A program made the translations under genes and the position numbers. Shown in pieces: positions 46,370-55,826 of a DNA stretch of 55,826 nt; position 1 is the stretch's first letter; each line of letters begins with the position of its first letter. The notes beneath the pieces are model-generated. The model was given only the letters and a program-made list of their open reading frames with translations. It searched no databases and had not been told where the DNA came from. This stretch comes from an uncultured Bacteroidota bacterium. GTDB taxonomy: Bacteria; Bacteroidota; Bacteroidia; Flavobacteriales; BACL11. The stretch covers positions 1-55,826 of the forward strand of contig CACHFI010000003.1 in the NCBI GenBank assembly GCA_902579065.1. The letters run 5' to 3'.

Positions 46370-47433
46370 AATATTTTATTCGTTTTATTTATCAAAAAAT
46401 GATCCAAAAGAACTATTGCTGTCATTGCCTCTACTATTGGAACAGCACGAGGAAGTACACATGGATCATGTCTTCCTTTTGGATTAATAGATGTCTTTTT
46501 TCCTTGGTCATTTATAGTATCTTGAACTTGCATTAAAGTAGAAACAGGTTTAAATGAAACATTAAAAAAAATATCATTACCATTTGAAATCCCACCTACA
46601 ATACCACCTGAATTATTTGTTTTAGTTTTTCCATCTAAATTTTGTAGAACATCATTAGATTCACTACCAAATGCCTCTGTTTTATTATTGCCAATGAAAA
46701 TACCTTTTACAGCATTAATTGATAACATTGCCTTTGCTAAATCAGCATCTAACTTATCAAATACTGGCTCACCTAAGCCAATAGGAACATTTTCAGCAAC
46801 ACATGTAATTTCTCCTCCTAAGGTATCCCCATTGTCTTTAGCATCCTTAATCAAGGAAATCATTTTTTTAGAAATATCCTTATCAGGACATCTAACAATA
46901 CTATTATCAATTTTATCTAAATTATATTCAAAATAATTTTTAGTGATTTCTAAAGATTTTACTTTTGAAACAAATGCTTTGATTGAAATTCCTTGCTTTG
47001 AAATAATTTGATTAGCAATTGAACCTGCAACAACTCTTACAGCAGTTTCTCTAGCAGAAGATCTACCTCCACCCCTATGATCTCTTAAGCCATATTTTTT
47101 CTCATATACAAAATCTGCGTGAGATGGACGATAAATAGATTTAGTTGATTCATAATCACTAGATTTAGCATCATTGTTATTTATAATAAAACCAATTGGA
47201 GTTCCTAAAGTAATATCATCCATAATTCCTGATAAAAATTCAACTTTATCAGATTCCTGTCTCTGTGATGTAATTTGCGATTGTCCTGGTCTTCTTCTAT
47301 TTAATTGTTTTTGAATTTCAGAGATATCAATCTTAATACCAGCAGGACATCCATCAATAACTCCACCAATTGCTTTTCCATGGGATTCACCAAAGGATGT
47401 AATTTTAAATATTTTTCCAAAAGTACTAGCCAT
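46366..47433 (-). CDS. aroC: Chorismate synthase
   Basis: MASTFGKIFKITSFGESHG..., GRSSARETA, GRHDPCV. ATG 47433 is preferred over the track start 47451 because a TATATTTG box (47440-47447, minus strand) lies between the two. Confidence 0.95.
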   Translation of the reverse strand: MASTFGKIFKITSFGESHGKAIGGVIDGCPAGIKIDISEIQKQLNRRRPGQSQITSQRQESDKVEFLSGIMDDITLGTPIGFIINNNDAKSSDYESTKSIYRPSHADFVYEKKYGLRDHRGGGRSSARETAVRVVAGSIANQIISKQGISIKAFVSKVKSLEITKNYFEYNLDKIDNSIVRCPDKDISKKMISLIKDAKDNGDTLGGEITCVAENVPIGLGEPVFDKLDADLAKAMLSINAVKGIFIGNNKTEAFGSESNDVLQNLDGKTKTNNSGGIVGGISNGNDIFFNVSFKPVSTLMQVQDTINDQGKKTSINPKGRHDPCVLPRAVPIVEAMTAIVLLDHFLINKTNKIL

Positions 47434-47439
47434 GTGTGA

Positions 47440-47447
47440 CAAATATA
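47440..47447 (-). promoter_or_regulatory. -7 promoter box for the aroC-DAACS-OmpA string
   Basis: Minus-strand TATATTTG, 6 nt upstream of ATG 47433. Confidence 0.45.
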
Positions 47448-47464
47448 GCAATAATGTATTGGCT

Positions 47465-47480
47465 TAATTTTGTAATTTTG
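47465..47480 (+). promoter_or_regulatory. Two directly abutting -7 boxes for hutI
   Basis: TAATTTTG-TAATTTTG. The second copy lies 6 nt upstream of ATG 47487. Confidence 0.45.
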
Positions 47481-47486
47481 TGTTAT

Positions 47487-48734
47487 ATGAAAACAGTTAT
47501 TAAAAACATATCAAAACTAGTTCAAAATGATGATAATATGATCAAATTTAGAGCTGGTAATGATATGAATCATCTAAATACTATTTCTAATGCCTTTATT
47601 GAAATTGAAGATGGATTAATTACTGATTATGGTGATATGGATGATTGGAAAGGAATTGATGATTGGAATCAAACTAAAATCATTGATGCTGAAGAAGGCA
47701 TTCTATTTCCTTCTTATTGTGACAGTCATACTCATTTAGTTTATGCTGAATCAAGAGAAAATGAATTTAACGACAGATTAAATGGATTAAGTTACCAAGA
47801 GATAGCAGAAAAAGGAGGTGGTATATTAAATTCAGCATTAAAAATTGCAGAAATTAATGAAGATTTGTTATATGAAAAATCTCTTGAAAGATTAAACAAT
47901 CTAATACTTCAAGGAACTGGAGCTATTGAAATAAAAAGTGGATACGGTCTTAATTTAGAATCGGAGCTAAAAATATTAAGAGTTATTAAAAAACTAAAGG
48001 AAAATTCACCTGTATCCATAAAATCAACATTTTTGGGCGCACATGCATTGCCAATTGATTATAGAGAAAAAAAGAGCGAATACATTGATTTAATTATAAA
48101 TAAAATGTTACCAGCTATTAAATCTGAAAACTTAGCTGATTACATCGATGTATTTTGTGAAAAAGGATACTTCAATGTTGAAGACACTATAAAAATCCTA
48201 GAAGCAGGTCAAAAAATTGGATTAAAAGGAAAAACTCATGTTAATCAATTTAACAGTATTGGGGGTGTAAAAGCAAGTATAGAAAACAAATGTATATCTG
48301 TTGATCATTTAGAAATAATGAATGAAGAAGATTTTCTAGCATTTAAGGATTCTTCTTGTATAGCAACTTTACTTCCTTCATGTTCATTTTTTCTTGGAAT
48401 TCCATATAGTCCTGCAAAAGAATTTATTAAAAGAAACATACCTTTTAATCTAGCAAGTGATTATAACCCAGGATCATCACCAAGTGGAAATATGAATTTT
48501 GTATCCTCACTTGGAAGTATTAAATTAAAGCTAAATGCCGAGCAAGTAATAAATGCAACAACAATTAATGGTGCATATGCAATGGAATATGAAAATGAAT
48601 TAGGAACAATTTCTGTTGGAAAAAAAGCTAATTTCTTTATAACAAAACCAATCCCTTCATATCAGTATTTACATTACTCTTTTGGAGAAAACCTAATAGA
48701 TAAAATATTTCTTGAAGGAAAACAAATTAAATAA
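47487..48734 (+). CDS. hutI: Imidazolonepropionase
   Basis: CDSHTHLVYA metal-binding motif, a ...HA... histidine-containing segment, and DYNPGSSP. ATG 47487 is preferred: the track start 47436 would overlap aroC and precede the promoter boxes. Confidence 0.85.
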   Translation: MKTVIKNISKLVQNDDNMIKFRAGNDMNHLNTISNAFIEIEDGLITDYGDMDDWKGIDDWNQTKIIDAEEGILFPSYCDSHTHLVYAESRENEFNDRLNGLSYQEIAEKGGGILNSALKIAEINEDLLYEKSLERLNNLILQGTGAIEIKSGYGLNLESELKILRVIKKLKENSPVSIKSTFLGAHALPIDYREKKSEYIDLIINKMLPAIKSENLADYIDVFCEKGYFNVEDTIKILEAGQKIGLKGKTHVNQFNSIGGVKASIENKCISVDHLEIMNEEDFLAFKDSSCIATLLPSCSFFLGIPYSPAKEFIKRNIPFNLASDYNPGSSPSGNMNFVSSLGSIKLKLNAEQVINATTINGAYAMEYENELGTISVGKKANFFITKPIPSYQYLHYSFGENLIDKIFLEGKQIK

Positions 48735-48766
48735 AAAAACCTACTCAATTAAGTAGGTTTTTTTTA
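48733..48766. terminator. Bidirectional rho-independent terminator between convergent genes
   Basis: aaaaaaacctact-caatta-agtaggttttttt. An 8-bp G/C-containing stem is extended by an A-run/T-run pairing, giving T-tracts on both strands. Confidence 0.7.
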
Positions 48767-48778
48767 ATGATAAAAAAT

Positions 48779-49237
48779 TTATTTATCTCGTTTTCTTTTC
48801 ATATAATAATAATGAGTTACATATTCATCTGTATTTACATGACTTGCATTTATAAACTCCCAGCCAAGCTTTGAGGCTTGATATAAGGCATCCGACATAT
48901 GAGAACATGACCTAGCAAGTTTATTTAACTCTACTTGCTCGGGTGTAATTTTTCCAGTATCAAAACGAACAAAATGCTTGTAAGAGCTTTTTATCATTCC
49001 TTTCATTTTAATATCCCCTCTTGCGCCATCTCTAGCAGCAAGCTCATCTTGGCCCATCATCTTCTCTTCATCAGACATAATTGATTGAACTCCTTCAATA
49101 ATCATATATTCATATTCAGAAGGTGATTTTTTAACAAACTCACCCATTTTAGCATTACTACTCTTTTTAGATCTTTTCTGTGCACTGGACATAAAAGGAA
49201 TTGATACAACTAAGATCATTAATAATATATTTTTCAT
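48779..49237 (-). CDS. Hypothetical secreted protein (152 aa)
   Basis: Signal peptide MKNILLMILVVSIPFMSSAQ. Charged, Met-rich mature part. No motif recognised. Confidence 0.7.
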   Translation of the reverse strand: MKNILLMILVVSIPFMSSAQKRSKKSSNAKMGEFVKKSPSEYEYMIIEGVQSIMSDEEKMMGQDELAARDGARGDIKMKGMIKSSYKHFVRFDTGKITPEQVELNKLARSCSHMSDALYQASKLGWEFINASHVNTDEYVTHYYYMKRKRDK

Positions 49238-49278
49238 GTTTTATCTTTTTTATTGAAATTATTAAACGTTATCTAATT

Positions 49279-50103
49279 TTAATTATTGTCTCCTCCTAAG
49301 ATAATTGGCAATTCACCATCATTATTTCCTATTACAACAACTTTTGTATTAGGAGATTTTGAGATCTCTTGAGTAGCCTCAATACCTTTCCATTTTAATA
49401 GTTGAGGAGTAATTGTTCTAGTAACAATCTTTTGAAATTCTGCTATCCCCTTTGCTTCAATCTCTTTTCTCTCAGCTTCTTTTTGAGCTTTATCAATTTT
49501 AAACTCATACTCAAGTGCTTCTTGTTCTTGCTTTAGCTTTTGTTCAATAGCCGCTCTTAGAGTTTGAGGAAGTGTAACATCTCTAATCAAAATAGCATCA
49601 AGCATTAAGTATTTAGATTCTATTTTTTTCTTTGTACTATCATAAATTTCATCCTCAATTGCTTCCCTCTTTGTTGAGTATAATTCTTCAGGTAGGTAAT
49701 TTCCAATCACTTCTCTTGTTACTGATCTAATTTCAGGTTTTATAATCTTTTCAAGATAATCTTTTCCAACTTCATCATGTAGATAACCAATTTGATCTGA
49801 AACAGGTTGATACCTAAAAGATAAATCAATTTTAATAGACAAACCATTTTTAGATAGAACTTCCATCTTTTCAAAAGTGTCCTTAAACTTAACGTCATAT
49901 ACATGCATAGTGTTCCAAGGGGCAATAATGTGAAATCCTTGTGGATAAACAGTTTCTTTGTCAAGACCTCCACCGAATTTTTTGAACAAAACTCCTTTTT
50001 CACCTGGTTCAATTGTCACAAACATACTTGATCCAAAAAGAACTATAAAAATTAAACCTGCTATCCCCATTACTAATGCTCTTGGCAATCCCTGATTTTC
50101 CAT
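49279..50103 (-). CDS. SPFH/band-7 (prohibitin/HflC-like) membrane protein
   Basis: 274 aa. N-terminal TM, an SPFH core (...VYDVKF...LSKNGLSIKIDLSFRY...) and a coiled-coil EQKLKQEQEALEYEF...AERKEIEAKG. Confidence 0.9.
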   Translation of the reverse strand: MENQGLPRALVMGIAGLIFIVLFGSSMFVTIEPGEKGVLFKKFGGGLDKETVYPQGFHIIAPWNTMHVYDVKFKDTFEKMEVLSKNGLSIKIDLSFRYQPVSDQIGYLHDEVGKDYLEKIIKPEIRSVTREVIGNYLPEELYSTKREAIEDEIYDSTKKKIESKYLMLDAILIRDVTLPQTLRAAIEQKLKQEQEALEYEFKIDKAQKEAERKEIEAKGIAEFQKIVTRTITPQLLKWKGIEATQEISKSPNTKVVVIGNNDGELPIILGGDNN

Positions 50104-50185
50104 ATTTTAATTATTTAATTGTTTATTTAATTTAATCTGATCTTGTTTTCTTTTATTTAAAATGCTAATATACGAGTTAGCTCGT

Positions 50186-51142
50186 TTATCTCCTAACGCT
50201 TTTGCTTTTTTTTGCCCAATCAATCGCGGCATCTAAATATCCTTTAATTTCAGAGGCTAAAGCCATATTATACGCAGCTTTTGATGCAATTTTCTTATCA
50301 TTTATATTAGCCATATCTTTCCAAATATTAATTGCATCGTCCCACTGATTTGATTTTACATTTTTAGATGCCTTTTTCAACTTTTCTTCTTTACCAGAAT
50401 AAAAAACTCTTCTTGCCTGTATCCAAATAGGAGAAATTCTCTTTCCATATTGAAAGCCAGCAAAATCCCCAGATTCTTTTAAAGCAGAACCTCTGTAAGG
50501 TAATTTGCTCTCTGCTTCTTTATTTGAACTTCCAAAAGCTGAAAACTCTTTTAATTCAGTAAATTTATTCTCATCAATAATAATTTGTTTTGAATTATCA
50601 TAAATTCTCCATCCGGAGACTATTTTCATTTCTAAAATAGCCTTATGCCTCATTTCTGCTATTTTCTTTCCATTTCTTTTTACTGTTCTTCGAGTTGGTT
50701 TTCCAAAAAGTATTCTTGAATCAGAATCAAATGTTTCAAGTACAATTAAAGCATCAGCATTATATGTTTTGCATATTTTATTTACTTTTTTCCATTTCAG
50801 TGGAGGTGGAAATGATGAAGTACCGGTTCCTTTGAGCTCTAAATCACCTATATTTTTTGTTTCATATCTATCGGAATTTTCTAAAATTGAAACTAACCCC
50901 TCTACACAATACTTAGATCCCATTTTATCAGTACCGATTCCTTCTCCTGTAACTAAACCTTCAAGGATATTTCCTGCAAGATTTTTCTTTGTAGGAACAG
51001 ATCTATTAGCAACTACAACATTTTTTATTTCTTGAGGAATAGTAATATCAGCAGGTTGTTGTATTGAAACCAAAACTGAAGAAGTAGTGCAAGATGAAAG
51101 AAAAATTGCTATTATTATAATATATATTTGATTGAATTTCAT
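50186..51142 (-). CDS. Hypothetical lipoprotein with a C-terminal TPR-like segment
   Basis: 318 aa. Lipobox IFLSSCTT. The C-terminal NQWDDAINIWKDMA...AAYNMALASEIKGYLDAAIDWAKKS is TPR-like. Confidence 0.75.
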   Translation of the reverse strand: MKFNQIYIIIIAIFLSSCTTSSVLVSIQQPADITIPQEIKNVVVANRSVPTKKNLAGNILEGLVTGEGIGTDKMGSKYCVEGLVSILENSDRYETKNIGDLELKGTGTSSFPPPLKWKKVNKICKTYNADALIVLETFDSDSRILFGKPTRRTVKRNGKKIAEMRHKAILEMKIVSGWRIYDNSKQIIIDENKFTELKEFSAFGSSNKEAESKLPYRGSALKESGDFAGFQYGKRISPIWIQARRVFYSGKEEKLKKASKNVKSNQWDDAINIWKDMANINDKKIASKAAYNMALASEIKGYLDAAIDWAKKSKSVRR

Positions 51143-51146
51143 AGAA

Positions 51147-53171
51147 CTAAGTTAGGCCATTATATTTTCGTATAAACCATTCAAAAGAGATTAATAGCAA
51201 CAAAATTAATAAAATCAACTCATAATCAATTAACTGTTTTAATATATCCTCGCTAGTGGTTATAGTACTTTTATCTTTTTGAAAATTTATATAATCCTTC
51301 AGTTCATTTATATTTGAGAGTGTAAATGATTTACCCCCACTAGTTTCACTTAAATTATACAAAAACTCATGATCTGCAACACTTGACAGATTCTCTATTT
51401 GCACTGTTTTTATACTTAAATTCCCAAACTTTTCATAATTTCTTTTTTCAACTTTTGCGAAAACTGTATAATTATCAGGATCTAAGCTTCCAACATTTAA
51501 AATATATTTATCACTTACTCTATCGAATAAATATTCAAATTCTTTATTGTTAGAATTAGTTAGAACAAGTCGAATATCCTCTTTGTTTTCTAACTCATAA
51601 CTATCGTTATATACTTGAGCCTCAAAAATCAAATCTTCATTTTCATTTAACTCTTTATCATAAAACAATCTAAATTTTGACCTATCTTCTCTTACTAGCA
51701 AATATTGAGTAATCTTATTATAAAACTCACTAAACAAATTATCATTTTCGTTGATTTTATAATCTTGTAATTTCCATCTCCAAAAACCTTCACCAACAAT
51801 AACACCTATTTTTTGACCATTAAATTCATCAAAAAAACATACTGGATTATTTGAAATAGAATTACCTATCCTTTGATTAACAAAAACATCTATAGAAGAA
51901 GAAATATTATATATACCAAAAGGAGATGTTATTGGAGGTGAATTATCTATAAAATCAGATAGATCATTTGATATTTTAAATTTTAAAAAATCTTTTTTTG
52001 TAGATGGAAAAACTTGACTATTTGTAGATTTTATTTTAAAATCTGCATTTGGAATTAACTCTGAATAACGGCTAAAGTCTTGTTTACAAAAAAGTAGAAT
52101 TGGTAAATTATTTTTTTGTTTTATTTTTTCAACAAAATCTATATTTTCACTAGAGATTGAATGAAGTACTATCAGATTATACGACTCAAGATTGTTATCA
52201 AAATCTATAGATTTAACAACGTCTAAATTATAATCTTTATTTCTATTTATCACATTAACAAAAGTACCCAGATCAGGGTGTGAATCATCATGAACTAATA
52301 ATATATTATATTTTGTATTTATAACATCAACATAAAACCTATATATATTATTTTTTTTGTTCCTTTCTCCATCTAATGATTCAATTTTTGCAGTGTATAA
52401 TTGAAGACCTATTTCCGAAGTTATAATTTCAGCAGCAATCTTAAAAAATTGATCATTTGAAGTAACATTTAATTTTTTTTCAAATACCTTTTCACCTTTA
52501 TTTTCAATAGTTAAATTAACTTTTTTCCCTTTATATTTAGTTGATTGAATTAAAATTTCAGTTTGAAAACTGTTTCCTAAGAAAACTAATTCGTTGTGTT
52601 TTACTTCAGAAATTAAATTATCACTATAAATACTTGTATCTCCAAGACATAAAGTATGAACTGGTATATCAAGATTATTAGAGTATAATGGGTTAGCACC
52701 CGTATTATTTAAACCATCACTTACAACTACAATAGAAGAAAGGTTTCTATTTGAAAAAATTGATTCTATTTGAGTTAGGGCCTTTGAATAATTGGTTGTA
52801 TACCCATCATTTATATTTGTTAAACCATCGTATAACTTGTCAGAAAAATTATACCTAAAAATATCATATCCTTTGATATTATTTGAAAACTGAATTAATT
52901 CATCTCTTAAATTTTCTTTTATTGAGCTAGATTCATCTTGTAAAATAACAACTATAGGTTCTTCTTTTAGTTTATTTATTGATTTTACGATAGGATCTAG
53001 TAAAAGAAAACATAGAAACGTTATTGAAACAAATCTTATTAATGAAAGTAAATATAAAGTTTGTGATTTTAACAAGCTTCTTTGACTATGATAGAGTGCT
53101 AGCGTTAAAAATAATCCAACTAACAAGCAAAGAAAAAATAAATTATTTGAAAAAATAATACTACTTAACAT
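51147..53171 (-). CDS. Membrane protein with an N-terminal double-TM segment, a vWA-like domain and a C-terminal TM anchor (BatA/BatB-related architecture)
   Basis: 674 aa. VVILQDESSS (MIDAS-like DxSxS) and VVVSDGLNNTG. Hydrophobic N- and C-termini. Confidence 0.65.
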   Translation of the reverse strand: MLSSIIFSNNLFFLCLLVGLFLTLALYHSQRSLLKSQTLYLLSLIRFVSITFLCFLLLDPIVKSINKLKEEPIVVILQDESSSIKENLRDELIQFSNNIKGYDIFRYNFSDKLYDGLTNINDGYTTNYSKALTQIESIFSNRNLSSIVVVSDGLNNTGANPLYSNNLDIPVHTLCLGDTSIYSDNLISEVKHNELVFLGNSFQTEILIQSTKYKGKKVNLTIENKGEKVFEKKLNVTSNDQFFKIAAEIITSEIGLQLYTAKIESLDGERNKKNNIYRFYVDVINTKYNILLVHDDSHPDLGTFVNVINRNKDYNLDVVKSIDFDNNLESYNLIVLHSISSENIDFVEKIKQKNNLPILLFCKQDFSRYSELIPNADFKIKSTNSQVFPSTKKDFLKFKISNDLSDFIDNSPPITSPFGIYNISSSIDVFVNQRIGNSISNNPVCFFDEFNGQKIGVIVGEGFWRWKLQDYKINENDNLFSEFYNKITQYLLVREDRSKFRLFYDKELNENEDLIFEAQVYNDSYELENKEDIRLVLTNSNNKEFEYLFDRVSDKYILNVGSLDPDNYTVFAKVEKRNYEKFGNLSIKTVQIENLSSVADHEFLYNLSETSGGKSFTLSNINELKDYINFQKDKSTITTSEDILKQLIDYELILLILLLLISFEWFIRKYNGLT

Positions 53172-53175
53172 ATGA

Positions 53176-53922
53176 CTATGTTAGCATACCACCGCAAACA
53201 TTAATCACTTGTCCTGTAATATAAGAAGACATATCTGAGGCTAAAAACAACGATGTATTTGCAATATCTTCAACTTGACCTGTTCTTTTCAAAGGTATAC
53301 TTTCTGCCCAATCATTAACTTGATCATTACTCAGAGCTTTTGTCATCTCTGTTTCAATAAAACCAGGAGCAATAGCATTACACCTAATATTTCTTGAGCC
53401 AAGTTCAAGAGCAACAGACTTTGTAAAACCAATAATACCAGCTTTAGATGAAGAATAATTTGACTGTCCTGCATTTCCTTTAACACCAACAACTGAACTA
53501 AGATTTATAATTGAACCACTTCTTTGCTTAAGCATTTGTCTTAAAACAGCTTTTGTATTGTTAAAAACAGAATTCATATTTATTTTCATGACATCATTAA
53601 AATCTTCTTCACTCATTCTCATAAGTAAATTATCTTTAGTTATGCCGGCATTATTTACTAATACATCAATACTACCAAAATCATTTAATACATCTTCAGC
53701 TAATTTTATGGCAGCATCAAAATCAGCTGCATTTGATTCATATGCTTTAGCTTTTACACCAATTTTTTCTAAATTTTTAGCTAATTCTAGAGATGCATCA
53801 GACATATTAATACAGGTAAAAGCAATATTCGCACCTTGCTCCGCAAATTTTTCAGCTATTCCTCTACCAATTCCTCTAGAACCACCAGTTATTATTACGT
53901 TTTTTCCTTTTAAAAGATTCAT
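53176..53922 (-). CDS. fabG: 3-oxoacyl-[acyl-carrier-protein] reductase
   Basis: 248 aa. TGGSRGIGRGIA, NNAGIT, S...YSSSKAG, and the C-terminal TGQVINVCGGM. Confidence 0.9.
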   Translation of the reverse strand: MNLLKGKNVIITGGSRGIGRGIAEKFAEQGANIAFTCINMSDASLELAKNLEKIGVKAKAYESNAADFDAAIKLAEDVLNDFGSIDVLVNNAGITKDNLLMRMSEEDFNDVMKINMNSVFNNTKAVLRQMLKQRSGSIINLSSVVGVKGNAGQSNYSSSKAGIIGFTKSVALELGSRNIRCNAIAPGFIETEMTKALSNDQVNDWAESIPLKRTGQVEDIANTSLFLASDMSSYITGQVINVCGGMLT

Positions 53923-53961
53923 TTAGTAAGTTTTATAGTTATAAAAATATGAAATATAGTT

Positions 53962-54831
53962 TTATGAAATTAGTTGTGCCATTAAGCTACCAATATTTGC
54001 AGGGGATTCTGCTACTGAAATACCACATTCTCTTAAAATTTGCATTTTAGCGTCGGCTGTATCATCTTTTCCTCCAACAATAGCACCAGCATGACCCATT
54101 GTCCTTCCAGCAGGAGCTGTTTTACCAGCTATAAAACCTACTACCGGTTTAGTTCCATTATCCTTAATCCATCTTGCAGCATCCGCTTCTAATTGACCCC
54201 CTATTTCTCCAATCATAATTATTCCATCTGTTTCGTCATCATTCATAAATAACTCAACTGCATCTTTGGTGGTAGTTCCAATTATTGGATCACCCCCAAT
54301 TCCTATGGCAGTAGATATTCCAAGGCCTGCTTTAACAACTTGATCAGCAGCCTCATAAGTTAAAGTTCCAGATTTTGAAACTACACCTATTCTTCCTTTC
54401 TTGAAAACAAAACCTGGCATAATTCCACACTTAGCTTCTCCAGGAGTAATAACACCTGGGCAATTGGGTCCTACAAGTGTACATGATTTGTCCTCTAAAT
54501 ATTTTTTTACTGTTATCATATCTTTTGTAGGAATACCTTCTGTAATACAAATAATTACATTGATACCTGCATCTGCTGCTTCCATTATAGCATCTGCTGC
54601 AAATGGTGGAGGAACAAAAATTAAAGAAGTATTTGCATCAACATTTTTAACTGCATCTTCAACTGTATTAAAAACTGGTTTTCCAAGATGCATAGTCCCT
54701 CCTTTTCCAGGAGTTACCCCTCCTACTAAATTTGTACCATACTCTATCATTTGCTCAGAATGAAATGTTCCTTCATTTCCAGTAAAACCTTGAACAATAA
54801 CATTTGAAGATTTATTCACTAATACACTCAT
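53962..54831 (-). CDS. sucD: Succinate--CoA ligase subunit alpha
   Basis: 289 aa. [38 protein letters not shown] (phosphohistidine loop). Confidence 0.95.
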   Translation of the reverse strand: MSVLVNKSSNVIVQGFTGNEGTFHSEQMIEYGTNLVGGVTPGKGGTMHLGKPVFNTVEDAVKNVDANTSLIFVPPPFAADAIMEAADAGINVIICITEGIPTKDMITVKKYLEDKSCTLVGPNCPGVITPGEAKCGIMPGFVFKKGRIGVVSKSGTLTYEAADQVVKAGLGISTAIGIGGDPIIGTTTKDAVELFMNDDETDGIIMIGEIGGQLEADAARWIKDNGTKPVVGFIAGKTAPAGRTMGHAGAIVGGKDDTADAKMQILRECGISVAESPANIGSLMAQLIS

Positions 54832-54853
54832 CTTTAATTTTTTTAATTTATTG

Positions 54854-54861
54854 CAAAATTA
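54854..54861 (-). promoter_or_regulatory. -7 promoter box for sucD
   Basis: Minus-strand TAATTTTGCA, 22 nt upstream of ATG 54831. Confidence 0.45.
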
Positions 54862-54893
54862 GAACAATATGCAGAGTAACAAAGGAATTTAAA

Positions 54894-54901
54894 TATTTTT
54901 G
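54894..54901 (+). promoter_or_regulatory. -7 promoter box for mnmE
   Basis: TATTTTTGCA, with the box 4 nt upstream of ATG 54906. Confidence 0.5.
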
Positions 54902-54905
54902 CATT

Positions 54906-55826
54906 ATGAATAATTTTAATCATGATGATACAATATGTGCCTTGGCTACAGGAGGTGGTATTAGTGCTATTGCTCTAATTAGAGTATCTGGAAATAAATC
55001 AATAAAGATTGTAGACAAAATTTTTAGTAAAAATTTACAAGAACAAAAAAGCCATACTGTTCATTTTGGAAATATTATTCATGGTGACAATATTATTGAC
55101 GAGGTAGTCATCACCCTTTTTCATAAAAATCAATCTTTTACTGGAGAAGAAACAGTTGAAATTTCATGTCATGGTTCTAAATATATTCAAAATAAAATAC
55201 TAGAAATCTTGATAAATTCTGGCATAAGATTAGCCAACCCAGGAGAATATACAATGCGTGCTTTCAAAAATGGAAAACTTGATCTTTCACAAGCTGAATC
55301 AATTGCTGATCTTATTGAATCGGAAAGTGAAGCGGCACACAAAACAGCAATACAGCATTTAAGGGGAGGATTTTCAAAAAAATTACAACAACTTAGAAAA
55401 AAACTAATTGATTTTGCATCTCTTATTGAACTTGAACTTGATTTTTCTGAAGAAGATGTCGAATTTGCTGATAGAAGTCAATTAAATAATTTATTATATG
55501 TATTACAAAATGAAATATCAACCTTAATCAATTCATTTAAAATAGGTAATGTTATCAAAAATGGAATACCTGTTACTATAGTAGGACCACCAAATGTCGG
55601 AAAATCAACCTTGTTAAACACATTACTTAATGAAGATAAAGCTATTGTTTCTAATATTGCAGGAACTACAAGAGATTCAATAGAAGATGAAATTATTATT
55701 AAAGGATATAATTTTAGATTTATTGATACAGCTGGAATAAGAAAAACTGATGATACAATTGAAAATTTAGGAATTGATAGAACTATTGCGCACGCTAAAA
55801 AATCAAGTATTATAATATATCTTATT
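54906..55826 (+). CDS. mnmE: tRNA modification GTPase MnmE, N-terminal ~307 codons (runs off the right edge)
   Basis: Absent from the ORF track (no stop in the window). MNNFNHDDTICALATGGGISAIALIRVSG..., G-domain GPPNVGKSTLLN, SNIAGTTRD, DTAGIR. The frame stays open to 55826. Confidence 0.9.
   Translation, partial: MNNFNHDDTICALATGGGISAIALIRVSGNKSIKIVDKIFSKNLQEQKSHTVHFGNIIHGDNIIDEVVITLFHKNQSFTGEETVEISCHGSKYIQNKILEILINSGIRLANPGEYTMRAFKNGKLDLSQAESIADLIESESEAAHKTAIQHLRGGFSKKLQQLRKKLIDFASLIELELDFSEEDVEFADRSQLNNLLYVLQNEISTLINSFKIGNVIKNGIPVTIVGPPNVGKSTLLNTLLNEDKAIVSNIAGTTRDSIEDEIIIKGYNFRFIDTAGIRKTDDTIENLGIDRTIAHAKKSSIIIYLI

Noticed and set aside
49740-50012. 90-aa same-strand alternative-frame ORF inside the SPFH gene
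   Set aside because: It is out of frame with a well-supported SPFH coding sequence. I see no independent start signal or motif.
50150-50185. Short hairpin acgag-ttag-ctcgt downstream of the 318-aa lipoprotein gene, as a terminator
   Set aside because: The stem is only 5 bp and is not followed by a convincing T-run on the minus strand. That is too weak to call.

Overview
AT-rich (about 30% G+C by eye), very gene-dense chromosomal segment that looks like a marine Bacteroidota/Flavobacteriia genome. The signs are T9SS C-terminal sorting domains, TAnnTTTG(CA) '-7' promoter boxes, no Shine-Dalgarno signals, and many gene junctions with 0-10 nt spacing or overlap. I call about 56 protein-coding genes, two of them partial at the window edges and absent from the ORF track, plus one 57-aa ORF below the track cutoff. 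There are 4 tRNAs (Pro-UGG, Ser-GCU, Leu-GAG, Lys-UUU) and 3 hairpin terminators. I saw no rRNA, CRISPR array, transposase, integrase or prophage genes.

Most of the content is housekeeping:
- Central metabolism: aroC, aroK, trmD-rplS, sucD, fabG, hutI, thiolase, a fused BCKDH E1, mnmE.
- Envelope and LPS: kdsA, kdsC, lptD, an MlaD-family gene and an amidase.
- Transport: an Opp/Dpp-type ABC importer and a DAACS symporter.

The less ordinary parts are:
- (i) A left-end cluster of T9SS/LTD surface proteins (1-6311 and 13731-16868).
- (ii) A translationally coupled block of five exported-protein genes at 6374-11069, with an adjacent DUF481-like outer-membrane gene: beta-helix-like lipoprotein, YjiK-like propeller, porin O/P, LRR protein and a lipoprotein inorganic pyrophosphatase. 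This is my best candidate for an undescribed envelope system.
- (iii) A six-gene operon at 28609-33684 containing a split membrane HdrD/GlpC-like Fe-S oxidoreductase with a HAD gene inserted between its halves.
- (iv) An uncharacterised lipoprotein/outer-membrane pair (24474-27775) embedded between housekeeping genes.
- (v) A sirtuin without zinc-ribbon cysteines, abutting two tiny membrane ORFs.
- (vi) A recurrent promoter geometry (-7 box 4-6 nt from the start codon) implying many leaderless mRNAs.

All family assignments come from reading motifs by eye; no searches were run. I cannot show that any of these is truly novel.
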